Part shown: positions 35,744 to 45,942 of the stretch, piece after piece
How positions within the stretch are numbered: the first letter of the stretch is position 1
How the letters are laid out: each line of letters begins with the position of its first letter
The notes under the pieces: generated by a model
Told to the model about the DNA's origin: nothing
The model's input: the letters and a program-made list of their open reading frames with translations, nothing else
Databases searched by the model: none
Assembly (NCBI GenBank): GCA_900317985.1
Contig: ONJD01000001.1
Span: 3,532-67,531 of the forward strand
Direction: 5' to 3'
Source of the DNA: an uncultured Eubacteriales bacterium
GTDB taxonomy: Bacteria > Bacillota > Clostridia > Oscillospirales > Acutalibacteraceae
DNA: 64,000 nucleotides
Translations under genes and position numbers: made by a program

Positions 35744-38374
35744 ATGGCCAAAGAACTTGCGACCAAGTACGATCCGTCAGAGTTCGAAGACAAGATCTAC
35801 GACTTCTGGCAGGAGAACAAGTACTTCCACGCAGAACCGGACGAGACGAAGACCCCTTACACGATCGTCATCCCGCCCCCAAACATCACCGGGCAGCTCC
35901 ACATGGGGCACGCGCTCGACAATACCCTGCAGGACATCCTCATCCGTTATCACCGGATGAAAGGGTTCGATACCCTCTGGGTCCCCGGCACCGACCACGC
36001 GTCCATCGCCACGGAGGCGAAGATCGTCGAGGCGATGAAGCAGGAAGGCATCACGAAGGATGACATCGGACGGGAAGCGTTCCTCGAGCGCGCCTGGGAC
36101 TGGCGCCGTCAGTACGGCGGACGCATCGTCGAGCAGCTCAAGAAGCTTGGTTCCTCCTGCGACTGGGACCGGGAGCGGTTCACCATGGACGAGGGCTGTT
36201 CCAAAGCCGTCGTCGAGGTCTTCAACCGCCTGTATGAGAAAGGCCTCATCTACCGCGGTGAGCGCCTCATCAACTGGTGCCCCCACTGCATGACTTCCAT
36301 CTCCGATGCCGAAGTCGAATATGAAGAGAAAGACGGTGCGTTCTGGCACCTCAGATACCCGTTCGCGGACGGCTCCGGTTACCTGGAGCTCGCCACCACC
36401 CGTCCCGAGACCATGTTCGGCGATACCGCCGTCGCGGTCAACCCGGAGGACCCCCGCTACAAGGACAAGATCGGCCAGATGCTCATCCTGCCCCTCGTCG
36501 GCAAGGAGATCCCCCTGATCGGCGACGAACACGCGGACCCCGAATTCGGGACCGGCGTCGTCAAGATCACCCCGGCGCACGACCCGAACGACTATGAAGT
36601 CGGTCTGCGCCACGACCTGCCGATCATCAACGTCATGACCGATGACGGCCGCATGAACGAGAACGTGCCGGAGAAATATGTCGGCATGACCACGGAAGAA
36701 TGCCGCAAAGCCTGTGTGGCCGACCTCGAGGAGCAGGGTTACCTTGTCCGCGTCGAGCCCATGAAGCACAACGTCGGCACCTGCTACCGCTGCGGCACCG
36801 TCGTCGAGCCCCGCATCTCGAAGCAGTGGTTCGTCAAGATGAAACCGCTGGCGGACCCGGCCATCGACATCGTCCGCTCCGGCAAAGTCCAGTTCGTCCC
36901 GTCCCGTTACGACAAGACGTACTTCCACTGGATGGAGAACATCAAAGACTGGTGCATCTCCCGCCAGCTCTGGTGGGGCCACCGCATCCCGGCCTGGTAC
37001 TGTGACGACTGCGGCGAGATCACGGTCTCCCGCGGCACACCCTGCAAGTGCGAGTACTGCGGCAGCGAACACATCCGTCAGGACGAGGACACCCTCGACA
37101 CCTGGTTCTCCTCCGCCCTCTGGCCCTTCTCCACGCTGGGCTGGCCGGACGAGACTCCGGAACTGAAACACTATTTCCCGACCAATACACTGGTCACGGG
37201 TTACGACATCATCTTCTTCTGGGTCGCCCGCATGATCTTCTCCTCGGTGGAGCAGATGGGCACCTATCCCTTCGATACCATCTTCATCCACGGCATCGTC
37301 CGCGATGAACTGGGCCGGAAGATGTCGAAGTCCCTCGGCAACGGCATCGACCCGCTGGTCGTCATCGACAAATACGGCGCAGACGCTCTCCGCTTCACGC
37401 TCGTCACCGGCAACAGCCCCGGAAACGACATGCGCTATTCGGAGAAGAAGGTCGAAGCCTCCCGGAACTTTGGCAACAAGATTTGGAATGCCGCCCGGTA
37501 CATCCTCATGAACCTCGACGGTTCCGAGGGACCGGCAAAGCTTCCCGCCGCCGAAGACCTCGCGATCGAGGACAAGTGGATCCTTTCGAAATTCAACACC
37601 CTCTGCAAAGAGGTCAGCGAGAACATCGACAGCTATGAACTGGGCGTGGCCCTCGCCAAGCTATACGACTTCATCTGGGACCTGTTCTGCGACTGGTACA
37701 TCGAGATCTCCAAGATCCGTCTCCAGGAAGGCGGCAAGGGCGCCGAGACCGCGAAAGCCGTTCTCATCTACTGCATGGATGGCATGCTGAAGCTGCTCCA
37801 CCCCTTCATGCCCTTCCTCACGGAGGAGATCTGGCAGTCCCTGCCCCATGAAGGAGACACCATCATGCTGGCTCCGTATCCGGAGTACACCGGGGCACTC
37901 GACTTCTCTGCCGAAGAGACCGAGTTTGAGCGGATCATGACGGCCGTCCGTGCCATCCGTGCCCGCCGCTCCGAGATGAACGTCCCGCCGTCGAAGAAGT
38001 CCGCGGTCCATTTCGACACACCCTTCGAAGACACCTTCCGATCCGGCGTCGTCTACATCCAGAGACTGGCTTCCGCCACGGAAGTGACGGTCGGCGGCGA
38101 CTTCGACACCGAAGGCGCGGTCAACATCGTCACGGCCGACGCGCAGATCTACCTGCCCATGAACGAGCTCGTCGATCTGGACGCCGAAAAGGAACGGCTC
38201 ACCAAAGAACTGGAAAAGGCACAGAAAGACCTCGCCTTCTTCGAAAAGAAGCTGAACAATCCGGGCTTTGTCAACAACGCTCCGGCCGCGGTCGTGGAAA
38301 AAGACCGCGCTTCGGCTGAAAAAATCAAAGACAAGATCAACCTTCTGGAAGAAAGCCTTAAAAACCTGGCTTAA
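35744..38374 (+). CDS. valS: Valine--tRNA ligase
   Basis: 876 aa from MAKELATKYDP (RBS GGAGG). HIGH-type motif (LHMGH), KMSKS, and a C-terminal coiled coil. Confidence 0.95.
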   Translation: MAKELATKYDPSEFEDKIYDFWQENKYFHAEPDETKTPYTIVIPPPNITGQLHMGHALDNTLQDILIRYHRMKGFDTLWVPGTDHASIATEAKIVEAMKQEGITKDDIGREAFLERAWDWRRQYGGRIVEQLKKLGSSCDWDRERFTMDEGCSKAVVEVFNRLYEKGLIYRGERLINWCPHCMTSISDAEVEYEEKDGAFWHLRYPFADGSGYLELATTRPETMFGDTAVAVNPEDPRYKDKIGQMLILPLVGKEIPLIGDEHADPEFGTGVVKITPAHDPNDYEVGLRHDLPIINVMTDDGRMNENVPEKYVGMTTEECRKACVADLEEQGYLVRVEPMKHNVGTCYRCGTVVEPRISKQWFVKMKPLADPAIDIVRSGKVQFVPSRYDKTYFHWMENIKDWCISRQLWWGHRIPAWYCDDCGEITVSRGTPCKCEYCGSEHIRQDEDTLDTWFSSALWPFSTLGWPDETPELKHYFPTNTLVTGYDIIFFWVARMIFSSVEQMGTYPFDTIFIHGIVRDELGRKMSKSLGNGIDPLVVIDKYGADALRFTLVTGNSPGNDMRYSEKKVEASRNFGNKIWNAARYILMNLDGSEGPAKLPAAEDLAIEDKWILSKFNTLCKEVSENIDSYELGVALAKLYDFIWDLFCDWYIEISKIRLQEGGKGAETAKAVLIYCMDGMLKLLHPFMPFLTEEIWQSLPHEGDTIMLAPYPEYTGALDFSAEETEFERIMTAVRAIRARRSEMNVPPSKKSAVHFDTPFEDTFRSGVVYIQRLASATEVTVGGDFDTEGAVNIVTADAQIYLPMNELVDLDAEKERLTKELEKAQKDLAFFEKKLNNPGFVNNAPAAVVEKDRASAEKIKDKINLLEESLKNLA

Positions 38375-38383
38375 ATTTCGAAG

Positions 38384-38420
38384 ACCGGGAAGCACGGCCT
38401 TCCCGGTTTTTCTCTCTTTT
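38384..38420 (+). terminator. Intrinsic terminator after valS
   Basis: ACCGGGAAG-cacggc-CTTCCCGGT followed by TTTTTCTCTCTTTT. Confidence 0.85.
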
Positions 38421-38434
38421 GGAGATGATACAGT

Positions 38435-38866
38435 ATGTTCGAAAAGAAACGTTCCGCCCTCATCATCGGCTGCGGCCGGCTGGGAGGGCACATCGCGGAA
38501 TACCTGGCAGAGCACGGGCTGCGGGTCACCATCATGGATGAGGACCCGGAGGCCTTCCGGCGCCTGTCCGAGTCCTTCGGCGGGCTCCTGCTGCAGGGCA
38601 ACGGCATCGACGAGGCACAGCTGGTCCGTGCCGGCATCGAGACGGCGGACCTCTTTGTCGCCGCCACCGGCGACGACAGCCGCAACAACCTCCTGGCACA
38701 GCTCGCGTGCCGGATCTACGAGGTGCCCACCGTCTTCGCCCGGTTCGACGACGCCAATTATGAAAAACTGGTCGAAGACCTGCCCATTCGCGGCATCTTC
38801 CCCTTTACCCTGTCCCTGGCAGAGTTCGAGAAAGACTTTGAATTCCTGTTTGGAGAGGAGGACTGA
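38435..38866 (+). CDS. RCK_N-only (TrkA-N) potassium-uptake regulatory subunit
   Basis: 143 aa. Canonical Rossmann motif IIGCGRLGG and an acidic beta2 end (IMDED). No RCK_C lobe. Confidence 0.8.
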   Translation: MFEKKRSALIIGCGRLGGHIAEYLAEHGLRVTIMDEDPEAFRRLSESFGGLLLQGNGIDEAQLVRAGIETADLFVAATGDDSRNNLLAQLACRIYEVPTVFARFDDANYEKLVEDLPIRGIFPFTLSLAEFEKDFEFLFGEED

Positions 38867-38868
38867 GC

Positions 38869-39528
38869 ATGCATATCGTCATCGCGGGCGGCTATGAGCA
38901 GACCGACTTCCTCATCGAGAACCTCAAGGAAAACGGCCACAAGCTCACCGTCATCAACGCTCATAAAGAATACTGCGAGAAACTGTCGGCCCATCACGAC
39001 CTGCCGGTCTTCCACGGAGACCCCACCCGGTTCTACGTGCTGAAAGAGGCGGGCATCGACGGCGCGGACGTCCTCGTCTCCCTGTCGGAACGCGACGAGA
39101 CCAACCTCGCTGTCTGTCAGTTCGCGAAGAAGTGCTTCGGCATCCCCCACACCGTCTGTACGGTCCGCAACCCGAAAAACGTGCAGCTGTTCCAGGAACT
39201 GGGCGTCGGACACGTTCTGAGTTCCACCCACATGGTCGCCAAATTCCTGACCGAGGCCGCCACCATCCAGGATCTCGTCGAGACCCTGCCGCTCGAGGAC
39301 AACCGGGTCAACCTGTTCTCCGTCGTCCTGAAGGGCGATGAACAGTGCATCGGCCGCAACCTCATCCAAATGACCCTGCCGGGCAACACCATCATCGGCT
39401 GCATCATCCGCGCGAACGGCTCCATGGTCGTTCCCTCCGGTACCGACGTCCTGACGACCGGAGACAAACTCTACATCCTGACCGCTCCCGGCCAGCAGGA
39501 CCTCGTCCTGAAAGCGTTGAAGGGGTAA
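38869..39528 (+). CDS. trkA: TrkA/KtrA-family regulatory subunit (RCK_N + RCK_C) with a degenerate dinucleotide motif
   Basis: 219 aa. The overall pattern is KtrA-like, but the glycine motif reads IAGGYEQT and beta2 ends in VINAH. RCK_C is present (LTTGDKLYILT). Confidence 0.78.
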   Translation: MHIVIAGGYEQTDFLIENLKENGHKLTVINAHKEYCEKLSAHHDLPVFHGDPTRFYVLKEAGIDGADVLVSLSERDETNLAVCQFAKKCFGIPHTVCTVRNPKNVQLFQELGVGHVLSSTHMVAKFLTEAATIQDLVETLPLEDNRVNLFSVVLKGDEQCIGRNLIQMTLPGNTIIGCIIRANGSMVVPSGTDVLTTGDKLYILTAPGQQDLVLKALKG

Positions 39529-39532
39529 CGAT

Positions 39533-41071
39533 ATGAGTCCACAGGCTTCCTTACGCATGGACCGCATCGCTCTGGTGCGGTCGCTGGGCTTCCTCTGCCT
39601 GATGCTGACGGTCATCCTCCTGGGGCCTCTCTTCCTCCTGATCTTCTGGCCGGAAGAGTCCCATGAGGCAAAGGCCTTTCTGGTCCCCGCGGCAGCCACG
39701 CTGCTGACCGGGGGCATCCTGCTGCTCCTCAGCCGGGGACAGCGGGCGCTCGTCCTGCGCAAACACGCCAGCTCGATGATCCTGCTCGTGCTCTGGATCG
39801 TCGCGGTGGCGTTCTGCTCCATCCCGTTCATGATGGTGGGCTATTCCGTGCCCCAGGCCGTCTTCGAGTCCATGAGCGGACTCACCACCACCGGCCTCTC
39901 CGTCACCGATGTCACGGCCGTGAGCCACCTCGTCCTTCTGTACCGGTCGCTCCTCCACCTCATCGGCGGCGTCGGCCTCGTCCTGGTCCTGACCGCCATC
40001 CTCGCCAACTATTACGGCATGCAGCTCTTCACGGCAGAGGGGCACACGGACCGGCTCTCCACGAGCCCCTTCCGTTCCGCCCGGACCATCCTTACCCTTT
40101 ACGGCAGTTTCATCATCGCGGGCATCATCCTGTACGTTCTGTCCGGGATGCCGCTGTTTGACGCCGTCAACTACTCCATCTCGGCCGTCGCCACCGGCGG
40201 GTTCTCCATCCACCCGGACAGCATCGGCCATTTCGCCAGCGTCCCCATCGACCTCATCACGATGCTGCTCATGCTCCTTGGCGCCACGAACTTCATGGCG
40301 AGTTCCATGCTGTTCCACGGAAAGTTCAAAGACTTTTTCACGCACATCGAAGTCCGCTGCGTCATGGTCCTCCTGGCCATTGCCGGTCCCATCGGCGCCG
40401 TCCAGCTCGTCGTGGACCACGTGTCCCCCTCCGTCCTGATGGCGATCGACCAGTCGTTCTTCCAGATGATCTCCATCCTGACGACCACCGGCCTCACCAA
40501 CGTGAACGACTATCTGCACGTCTGCGGTTTTGCCATCGTGCCGGCCATCGTCCTCATGTTCGTCGGCGGCAACACCGATTCCACCGCGGGCGGTCTCAAA
40601 GCCTTCCGCTTCGCCCTCGGGGCGAAAAGCCTCTACTGGGACTTCCGGGACGCCCTGCGTTCCGAGCGCACCGTGAGCCCGCGAAAGATCCGCCGCTTCG
40701 GCGTCGAGCAGACCGTCTCCCGCCCGGAGACGAGCCGGAACTACGCCTATCTCATCGCGTACTTCACGATCGCCTGCCTCGGCACGTTTCTTCTGATGCT
40801 CTGCGGCTACAGTGTCCAGGACTCCTTCATCGAGTTCGTCTCGGCCCTCGGCACCGTCGGCCTGTCGGTCGGCGTGACCGCCGCCACCGCGTCGGCACCC
40901 ACGCTCTGGATCCTGACGGTCGCCATGCTCATCGCCCGACTGGAGATCTTCGTCTTCCTGTTCGGCCTCGCACGGCTCGTCGGCAACGCCCGGGACATCC
41001 GCCGGAACCGGTCCATCCGCCGGAAAGAACAGGCCCCGCGCCTGAAACGCAGGGAGGACGACCATGGCTGA
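39533..41071 (+). CDS. trkH: TrkH/KtrB-family K+ transporter membrane subunit
   Basis: 512 aa polytopic protein. Repeated selectivity-filter-like segments (SGLTTTGLSV, ATGGFS, TTTGLT, GTVGLSVG). Confidence 0.88.
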   Translation: MSPQASLRMDRIALVRSLGFLCLMLTVILLGPLFLLIFWPEESHEAKAFLVPAAATLLTGGILLLLSRGQRALVLRKHASSMILLVLWIVAVAFCSIPFMMVGYSVPQAVFESMSGLTTTGLSVTDVTAVSHLVLLYRSLLHLIGGVGLVLVLTAILANYYGMQLFTAEGHTDRLSTSPFRSARTILTLYGSFIIAGIILYVLSGMPLFDAVNYSISAVATGGFSIHPDSIGHFASVPIDLITMLLMLLGATNFMASSMLFHGKFKDFFTHIEVRCVMVLLAIAGPIGAVQLVVDHVSPSVLMAIDQSFFQMISILTTTGLTNVNDYLHVCGFAIVPAIVLMFVGGNTDSTAGGLKAFRFALGAKSLYWDFRDALRSERTVSPRKIRRFGVEQTVSRPETSRNYAYLIAYFTIACLGTFLLMLCGYSVQDSFIEFVSALGTVGLSVGVTAATASAPTLWILTVAMLIARLEIFVFLFGLARLVGNARDIRRNRSIRRKEQAPRLKRREDDHG

Positions 41072-41579
41072 ACTGAACATCGTGCTCGTCGAGCCGGAGA
41101 TCCCGCAGAACACCGGAAACATCGCCCGGACCTGCGCCTGCACCGGAGCCCGGCTCCACATCGTGAAGCCCATGGGGTTCACGGTCACTGACAGACATCT
41201 GAAACGCAGCGGCCTCGACTACTGGCAGTATCTGGACCTCACCTACTATGAGGGTCTCGACGACTTTTTCGAGCAGCATCCCGACGCCGCCTGTTTCTTC
41301 TTCACGACGAAAGCGGTACATCGCCACAGCGACCCCGTCTACCCGGACGGCGCCTACCTCTTTTTCGGCAAGGAAACAGCCGGTCTCCCGGAGGAACTGC
41401 TCCTCGCCCACCCCGGCGAATGTGTGCGCATCCCCATGATGGATGAGTGCCGCAGCCTCAACCTTTCGAACTCCGTCGCGGTCGGCGTCTACGAGGTCCT
41501 CCGGCAGTGGGATTACCCGGAACTGAAGTGTTCCGGAGAACTCCACCGGTACCGCTGGACCGACGTCAATGACCTGTGA
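41064..41579 (+). CDS. trmL: tRNA (cytidine/uridine(34)-2'-O)-methyltransferase TrmL (SpoU family)
   Basis: 171 aa. IVLVEPEIPQNTGNIARTC..., with LNLSNSVAV in the C-terminal knot region. Confidence 0.88.
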   Translation: MAELNIVLVEPEIPQNTGNIARTCACTGARLHIVKPMGFTVTDRHLKRSGLDYWQYLDLTYYEGLDDFFEQHPDAACFFFTTKAVHRHSDPVYPDGAYLFFGKETAGLPEELLLAHPGECVRIPMMDECRSLNLSNSVAVGVYEVLRQWDYPELKCSGELHRYRWTDVNDL

Positions 41580-41622
41580 TACAACGTTTTCAAATTGTTC
41601 GAAAAAATCTGTTGTTAATCTT

Positions 41623-41650
41623 TTGACTATAGGGGAAAATCCTATATAAT
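41623..41650 (+). promoter_or_regulatory. Candidate pgk-tpiA promoter (TTGACT-16-TATAAT)
   Basis: TTGACT at 41623-28 and TATAAT at 41645-50. Confidence 0.6.
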
Positions 41651-41702
41651 AGAGTTGGTCCTGTTTTACCAACAAATTTCATCATGAAGGGATGGGATAC
41701 AC

Positions 41703-42914
41703 ATGAAACTCAACAAAAAGACTGTTGATGACATCAACGTCAAAGGCAAAAAAGTCCTCGTACGCTGTGACTTCAATGTCCCCCTGAAAGACGGCAAGAT
41801 CACGGACGAAAACCGTCTGGTCGCTGCCCTCCCCACTATCAAAAAGCTCGTCGCGGACGGCGGCAAAGTCATCCTTTGCTCCCACCTCGGCAAACCGAAG
41901 GGCGAACCGAAGCCCGAACTGTCCCTCGCTCCTGTCGCGGCACGCCTCGCGGAGCTCCTGGGCCAGCCCGTCACCTTTGCTCCCGATGACAACGTGGTCG
42001 GCGACAACGCCAAAGCGGCCGTCGCTGCCATGAACGACGGAGACATCGTCCTTCTTGAGAACACCCGTTACAGAGCGGAAGAGACCAAGAACGAACCCGC
42101 GTTCTCCGAAGAACTCGGTTCTCTCGCGGACGTGTTCGTCAACGACGCGTTCGGCACGGCCCATCGCGCCCACTGCTCCACCGTCGGCGTAGTCGACTAT
42201 GTGGATGAAGCCGTTTCCGGCTATCTCATTGCCAAAGAGATCAAATATCTCGGCGATGCGATCGAAGACCCGAAGAGACCCTTCGTCACCATCCTCGGCG
42301 GCGCCAAGGTCGCGGACAAGCTCAACGTCATCGAGAACCTTCTGACCAAAGCCGATACCCTCATCATCGGCGGCGGCATGGCCTACACCTTCGTCAAAGC
42401 CCAGGGCGGCGAGATCGGCACGTCTCTGGTCGACGACACGAAGCTCGACTACTGCCGTCAGATGCTCCTGAAAGCTGCGGAGAACGACGTCAAGATCGTC
42501 CTTCCGATCGACACCCTCATCGCGAAGTCCTTCCCCGATCCGATCGACGCTCCCATCGACGTCGAAGTCGTCCCCACCGACGCCATCCCGGCCGACAGCA
42601 TGGGCCTCGACATCGGTCCGGAGACCGCTGAGATCTTCGCGAAAGAAGTCTCTCAGGCAGCCACGGTCGTCTGGAACGGCCCCATGGGCGTCTTCGAGAA
42701 CCCGACCACTGCCAAGGGCACTCTCGCTGTTGCGCAGGCACTGGCTGACTCTGATGCCGTTTCCGTCATCGGCGGCGGCGACTCCGCTGCAGCCGTCAAC
42801 CAGCTGGGTCTCGGCGACAAGATGACCCACATCTCCACCGGCGGCGGCGCTTCCCTCGAATTCCTCGAAGGCAAAGAGCTTCCCGGTATTGCCGCAATGG
42901 CCGACAAAGACTGA
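41703..42914 (+). CDS. pgk: Phosphoglycerate kinase
   Basis: 403 aa. [26 protein letters not shown]. Confidence 0.96.
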   Translation: MKLNKKTVDDINVKGKKVLVRCDFNVPLKDGKITDENRLVAALPTIKKLVADGGKVILCSHLGKPKGEPKPELSLAPVAARLAELLGQPVTFAPDDNVVGDNAKAAVAAMNDGDIVLLENTRYRAEETKNEPAFSEELGSLADVFVNDAFGTAHRAHCSTVGVVDYVDEAVSGYLIAKEIKYLGDAIEDPKRPFVTILGGAKVADKLNVIENLLTKADTLIIGGGMAYTFVKAQGGEIGTSLVDDTKLDYCRQMLLKAAENDVKIVLPIDTLIAKSFPDPIDAPIDVEVVPTDAIPADSMGLDIGPETAEIFAKEVSQAATVVWNGPMGVFENPTTAKGTLAVAQALADSDAVSVIGGGDSAAAVNQLGLGDKMTHISTGGGASLEFLEGKELPGIAAMADKD

Positions 42915-42969
42915 GTTCCGGTCTTTTGTATAAAACAATCTGTATCAATCGAAAAAGAGGTAGATTCCA

Positions 42970-43737
42970 ATGAACAAAGCACTTCGCAAAGCCGTCATCG
43001 CCGGCAACTGGAAAATGAACAAGACTCCGTCCGAGGCCAAGGCGCTCATCACTGAGCTCAAGCCCCTCGTTGCAAACGCAGACTGCGACGTCGTCATCTG
43101 TGTCCCCTATGTCGACCTTCAGGTCGCTCTCGAAGAGACTGCCGGCTCCAACATCAAAGTCGGCGCTGAAAACTGCCACTGGGCGACCAACGGCGCTTTC
43201 ACCGGCGAAGTTGCCGCTCCCATGCTGAAGGAAATGGGCGTCGAGTACGTCGTCATCGGCCACTCTGAGAGAAGACAGTACTTCGGCGAGACCGACGACA
43301 CCGTCCGCGACCGCACCCGTGCCGCTCTCGACAACGGCCTCAAGGTCATCCTCTGCGTCGGTGAGACCCTCGAGCAGAGAGAGAAGAACATCACGTTCGA
43401 GACCATCGCTATCCAGACCAAGATCGCTCTGACCGGCGTCTCCGAAGCGGAACTCGCGAACGTCATCATCGCTTACGAGCCTGTCTGGGCGATCGGCACC
43501 GGCAAGACCGCGACCGACGAGCAGGCCAACGAAGTCAACCACTTCATCCGCACCCTCATTGCTGACCTCTACAGCAAGGAAGCTGCTGACAAGTTCGTCG
43601 TTCAGTACGGCGGCTCCATGAACGCAGGCAACGCGGAAGGCCTCGTTGCACAGGAAGACATCGACGGCGGCCTCATCGGCGGCGCTTCCCTGAAGCCGGC
43701 CGACTTCGCCAAGATCGTCGAAGCTGCAAGCAAATAA
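42970..43737 (+). CDS. tpiA: Triosephosphate isomerase
   Basis: 255 aa. [24 protein letters not shown]. Confidence 0.96.
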   Translation: MNKALRKAVIAGNWKMNKTPSEAKALITELKPLVANADCDVVICVPYVDLQVALEETAGSNIKVGAENCHWATNGAFTGEVAAPMLKEMGVEYVVIGHSERRQYFGETDDTVRDRTRAALDNGLKVILCVGETLEQREKNITFETIAIQTKIALTGVSEAELANVIIAYEPVWAIGTGKTATDEQANEVNHFIRTLIADLYSKEAADKFVVQYGGSMNAGNAEGLVAQEDIDGGLIGGASLKPADFAKIVEAASK

Positions 43738-43754
43738 TCGGCTTTACAGACAAC

Positions 43755-43790
43755 AAAAACTCCGAACCATCCGGTTCGGAGTTTTTCTTT
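43755..43790. terminator. Bidirectional terminator (tpiA / histidine kinase)
   Basis: AAAAACTCCGAACC-atcc-GGTTCGGAGTTTTT. Confidence 0.88.
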
Positions 43791-43799
43791 TGTTTTTAT

Positions 43800-45137
43800 T
43801 CAGTCGGACGACTTTTCTTTTGCAGCTTCCGGTCCCGGCAGCGTCGTGAGGTCGGGCGCTCGCAGGTTCTGCGCGTGCGGCAGACGGACTTCGAAGCAGG
43901 TGCCGTTCTCGTTCGAGAAGGCGAGGCCGATCTCTCCGTGGTGCTTTTCGATGATCTTCTGCGCGATGGAAAGGCCGAGGCCGTAGCCGCCCTTTTCCCG
44001 CACCCGGGACTCATCGACCCGGTAGAACCGTTCAAAAATGTGTTCGGCTTTTTCCGTCGGGATGGGAGCGCCGCTGTTCGTGACAGTCAGGACTTCCACG
44101 CGGCGGGGTCCGGAGGTCAGTTCCACCTGGATGGTACCGTTCTCATTCACGTACTTCGTCGCGTTTTCCACGAGGATCATGACGACCTGTTTCAGCCGTT
44201 CGAAGTCGCCGACGACCTGTGAATTCTCTGCGATGTCGGCCTCCAGTGTGATGTTTCGCTCAAAGGCCAGCGCCTCGGTCGTCAGGACCACTTCCTCGAC
44301 CACATCGCTGAAGTTGATGAGGCGGAAGTTGTAGTGCATGTCCATGGCCGCGTCGGAACGCGCCAGGAAGAGCATCTCATTGACGAGCTTCGACATGCGG
44401 TTCGCTTCCATCTTGGTGCTGTCGATCCATTTCTCTTCCTCCCGGACCGTTTTGTCCGGGCTCGTTTTCAGGATGTCCAGGTTCGCAAGGATGACCGCGA
44501 TAGGCGTCTTCAATTCATGGGACGCATCGGCGATGAACTGCTGCTGGGTCCGGATGGCCTCATCGACGGGCAGGATCGAGCGCCGGGAAAGGTACTCACA
44601 GAGCAGGAGGATGAGGATCAGGAGGATGAACGCAAGAGTGATATACAGGCGGAACTGGAAATAGATCGCCCTCAATTCACTGGCTCGGTCGAGCAGGGCC
44701 ACCTTGGTCCCGACCCCTTTGAGGGGCTGTTTCATGTACCGGATGTTGGTCAGGATGATGCCGGAGGGCTTTTTCTCCTGAAGCACGGTTTTGGCGATCT
44801 CCTCCTGGCTGGCATCCACCTTTTCCCGGAATGATTTTCCGGACGACAGAGAAGCCAGAACGTCCCCGTCCTCCGACAGGATCATGACGGCGGACTCGTC
44901 ATGGATCTCGATCGCTTCCCGGTCGATCTCAGCTATATCCGGCCTGCCGTTCTTCCCTTCCCGGACCGTGACCGTTGCGGGAGTCACGCTCGTCAGAAGG
45001 TCCTGCATCGTATCCTCGGCGTTGTTTTGACCATACGTATAAGAGGCAACGATCAGAAGTGCCGTTGCCCCGGTGAGGATGATGAGCGATAGGATCATCG
45101 TATCCAGAATGAATCGGCGTCGAAGTTTTGTCAGCAC
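43800..45137 (-). CDS. Sensor histidine kinase (two TM helices, ~130-aa extracytoplasmic domain, HisKA + HATPase_c)
   Basis: 445 aa. H-box ASHELKTP, N-box ENATKY, G-boxes (NSG, GGYGLGLSI). Confidence 0.9.
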   Translation of the reverse strand: MLTKLRRRFILDTMILSLIILTGATALLIVASYTYGQNNAEDTMQDLLTSVTPATVTVREGKNGRPDIAEIDREAIEIHDESAVMILSEDGDVLASLSSGKSFREKVDASQEEIAKTVLQEKKPSGIILTNIRYMKQPLKGVGTKVALLDRASELRAIYFQFRLYITLAFILLILILLLCEYLSRRSILPVDEAIRTQQQFIADASHELKTPIAVILANLDILKTSPDKTVREEEKWIDSTKMEANRMSKLVNEMLFLARSDAAMDMHYNFRLINFSDVVEEVVLTTEALAFERNITLEADIAENSQVVGDFERLKQVVMILVENATKYVNENGTIQVELTSGPRRVEVLTVTNSGAPIPTEKAEHIFERFYRVDESRVREKGGYGLGLSIAQKIIEKHHGEIGLAFSNENGTCFEVRLPHAQNLRAPDLTTLPGPEAAKEKSSD

Positions 45138-45138
45138 G

Positions 45139-45813
45139 TTACGCGCTCACCTCCAGGCGATAACCGATCTTTCGGACCGTCGTGATGCTGACTCTGGAAT
45201 TCAGATGTTTCAGCTTCTTGCGAAGGAACGAAATGTAAACTTCCACGTTGTTGTCTTCCGCGTCGGACTCCGCGCCCCAGACCTTCACGATGAAGTCTTC
45301 CTTCGGGACGATCACGTTCGGAGCGGACATGAGGAGCCGCATGATCTCAAACTCTTTCGGCCCGAGAGGCAGGGATTTCCCGTTGCCCTCCAGCGTATAG
45401 TTGGAAAGAGACAGAGTCAGGTCCTCGAACTCGAGTTCGTCCATGACGACTTCGCCCTGCCGCCGGGAGATGGCGCGGACACGCGCCAGCAGTTCTCCGG
45501 GAATGAAGGGCTTGGTCAGGTAGTCGTCGGCACCGGCGTCGAGACCTTTGATCTTATCGACCGTGTCATCTTTGGCGGTCAGCATGATGACCGGCGTCGT
45601 ATTCTTTTCCTGACGCATCTTGCGAACGACTTCGAACCCGTCCATTTTCGGGATCATGACGTCGAGGATGATGCAGTCATAGATGCCGCTCATGGCATTG
45701 TCAAATGCGCTTTCACCGTCATAGACGATATCCGTGGTGTATCTCTGCGCTTTCATGATCTCCCCGAGCGCTTCGGCCAGACGGACCTCGTCTTCTACGA
45801 TCAGAATTCTCAT
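45139..45813 (-). CDS. OmpR/PhoB-family response regulator
   Basis: 224 aa. Receiver domain (MRILIVEDE, ILDVMIP, LTAKD) and a winged-helix output domain (VYISFLRKKL, IYTVRKIGY-like). Confidence 0.92.
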   Translation of the reverse strand: MRILIVEDEVRLAEALGEIMKAQRYTTDIVYDGESAFDNAMSGIYDCIILDVMIPKMDGFEVVRKMRQEKNTTPVIMLTAKDDTVDKIKGLDAGADDYLTKPFIPGELLARVRAISRRQGEVVMDELEFEDLTLSLSNYTLEGNGKSLPLGPKEFEIMRLLMSAPNVIVPKEDFIVKVWGAESDAEDNNVEVYISFLRKKLKHLNSRVSITTVRKIGYRLEVSA

Positions 45814-45864
45814 AATCCTACTCCCATTCAGGTCAATAACCTTTTCATAAATATCTTAAATTAG

Positions 45865-45893
45865 ATTATAAACGAAAACTCCGTTCCCTTCAA
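45865..45893 (-). promoter_or_regulatory. Candidate promoter of the two-component operon (TTGAAG-17-TATAAT)
   Basis: Reverse strand: TTGAAG (45888-93), a 17-nt spacer, TATAAT (45865-70). Confidence 0.55.
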
Positions 45894-45924
45894 TAAAAGA
45901 AGCGCATTGCAGGAGCAATGCGCT
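45893..45924 (-). terminator. Intrinsic terminator after the DtxR/MntR-type regulator gene
   Basis: AGCGCATTGC-agga-GCAATGCGCT stem followed by TCTTTTATTG on the reverse strand. Confidence 0.8.
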
Positions 45925-45942
45925 GTATTTTTTGATCGTTTC

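Noticed and set aside
38375-38434. c-di-AMP (ydaO/kimA-type) riboswitch upstream of the trk genes
   Set aside because: Only 60 nt are available, and the valS terminator and the RBS occupy them.
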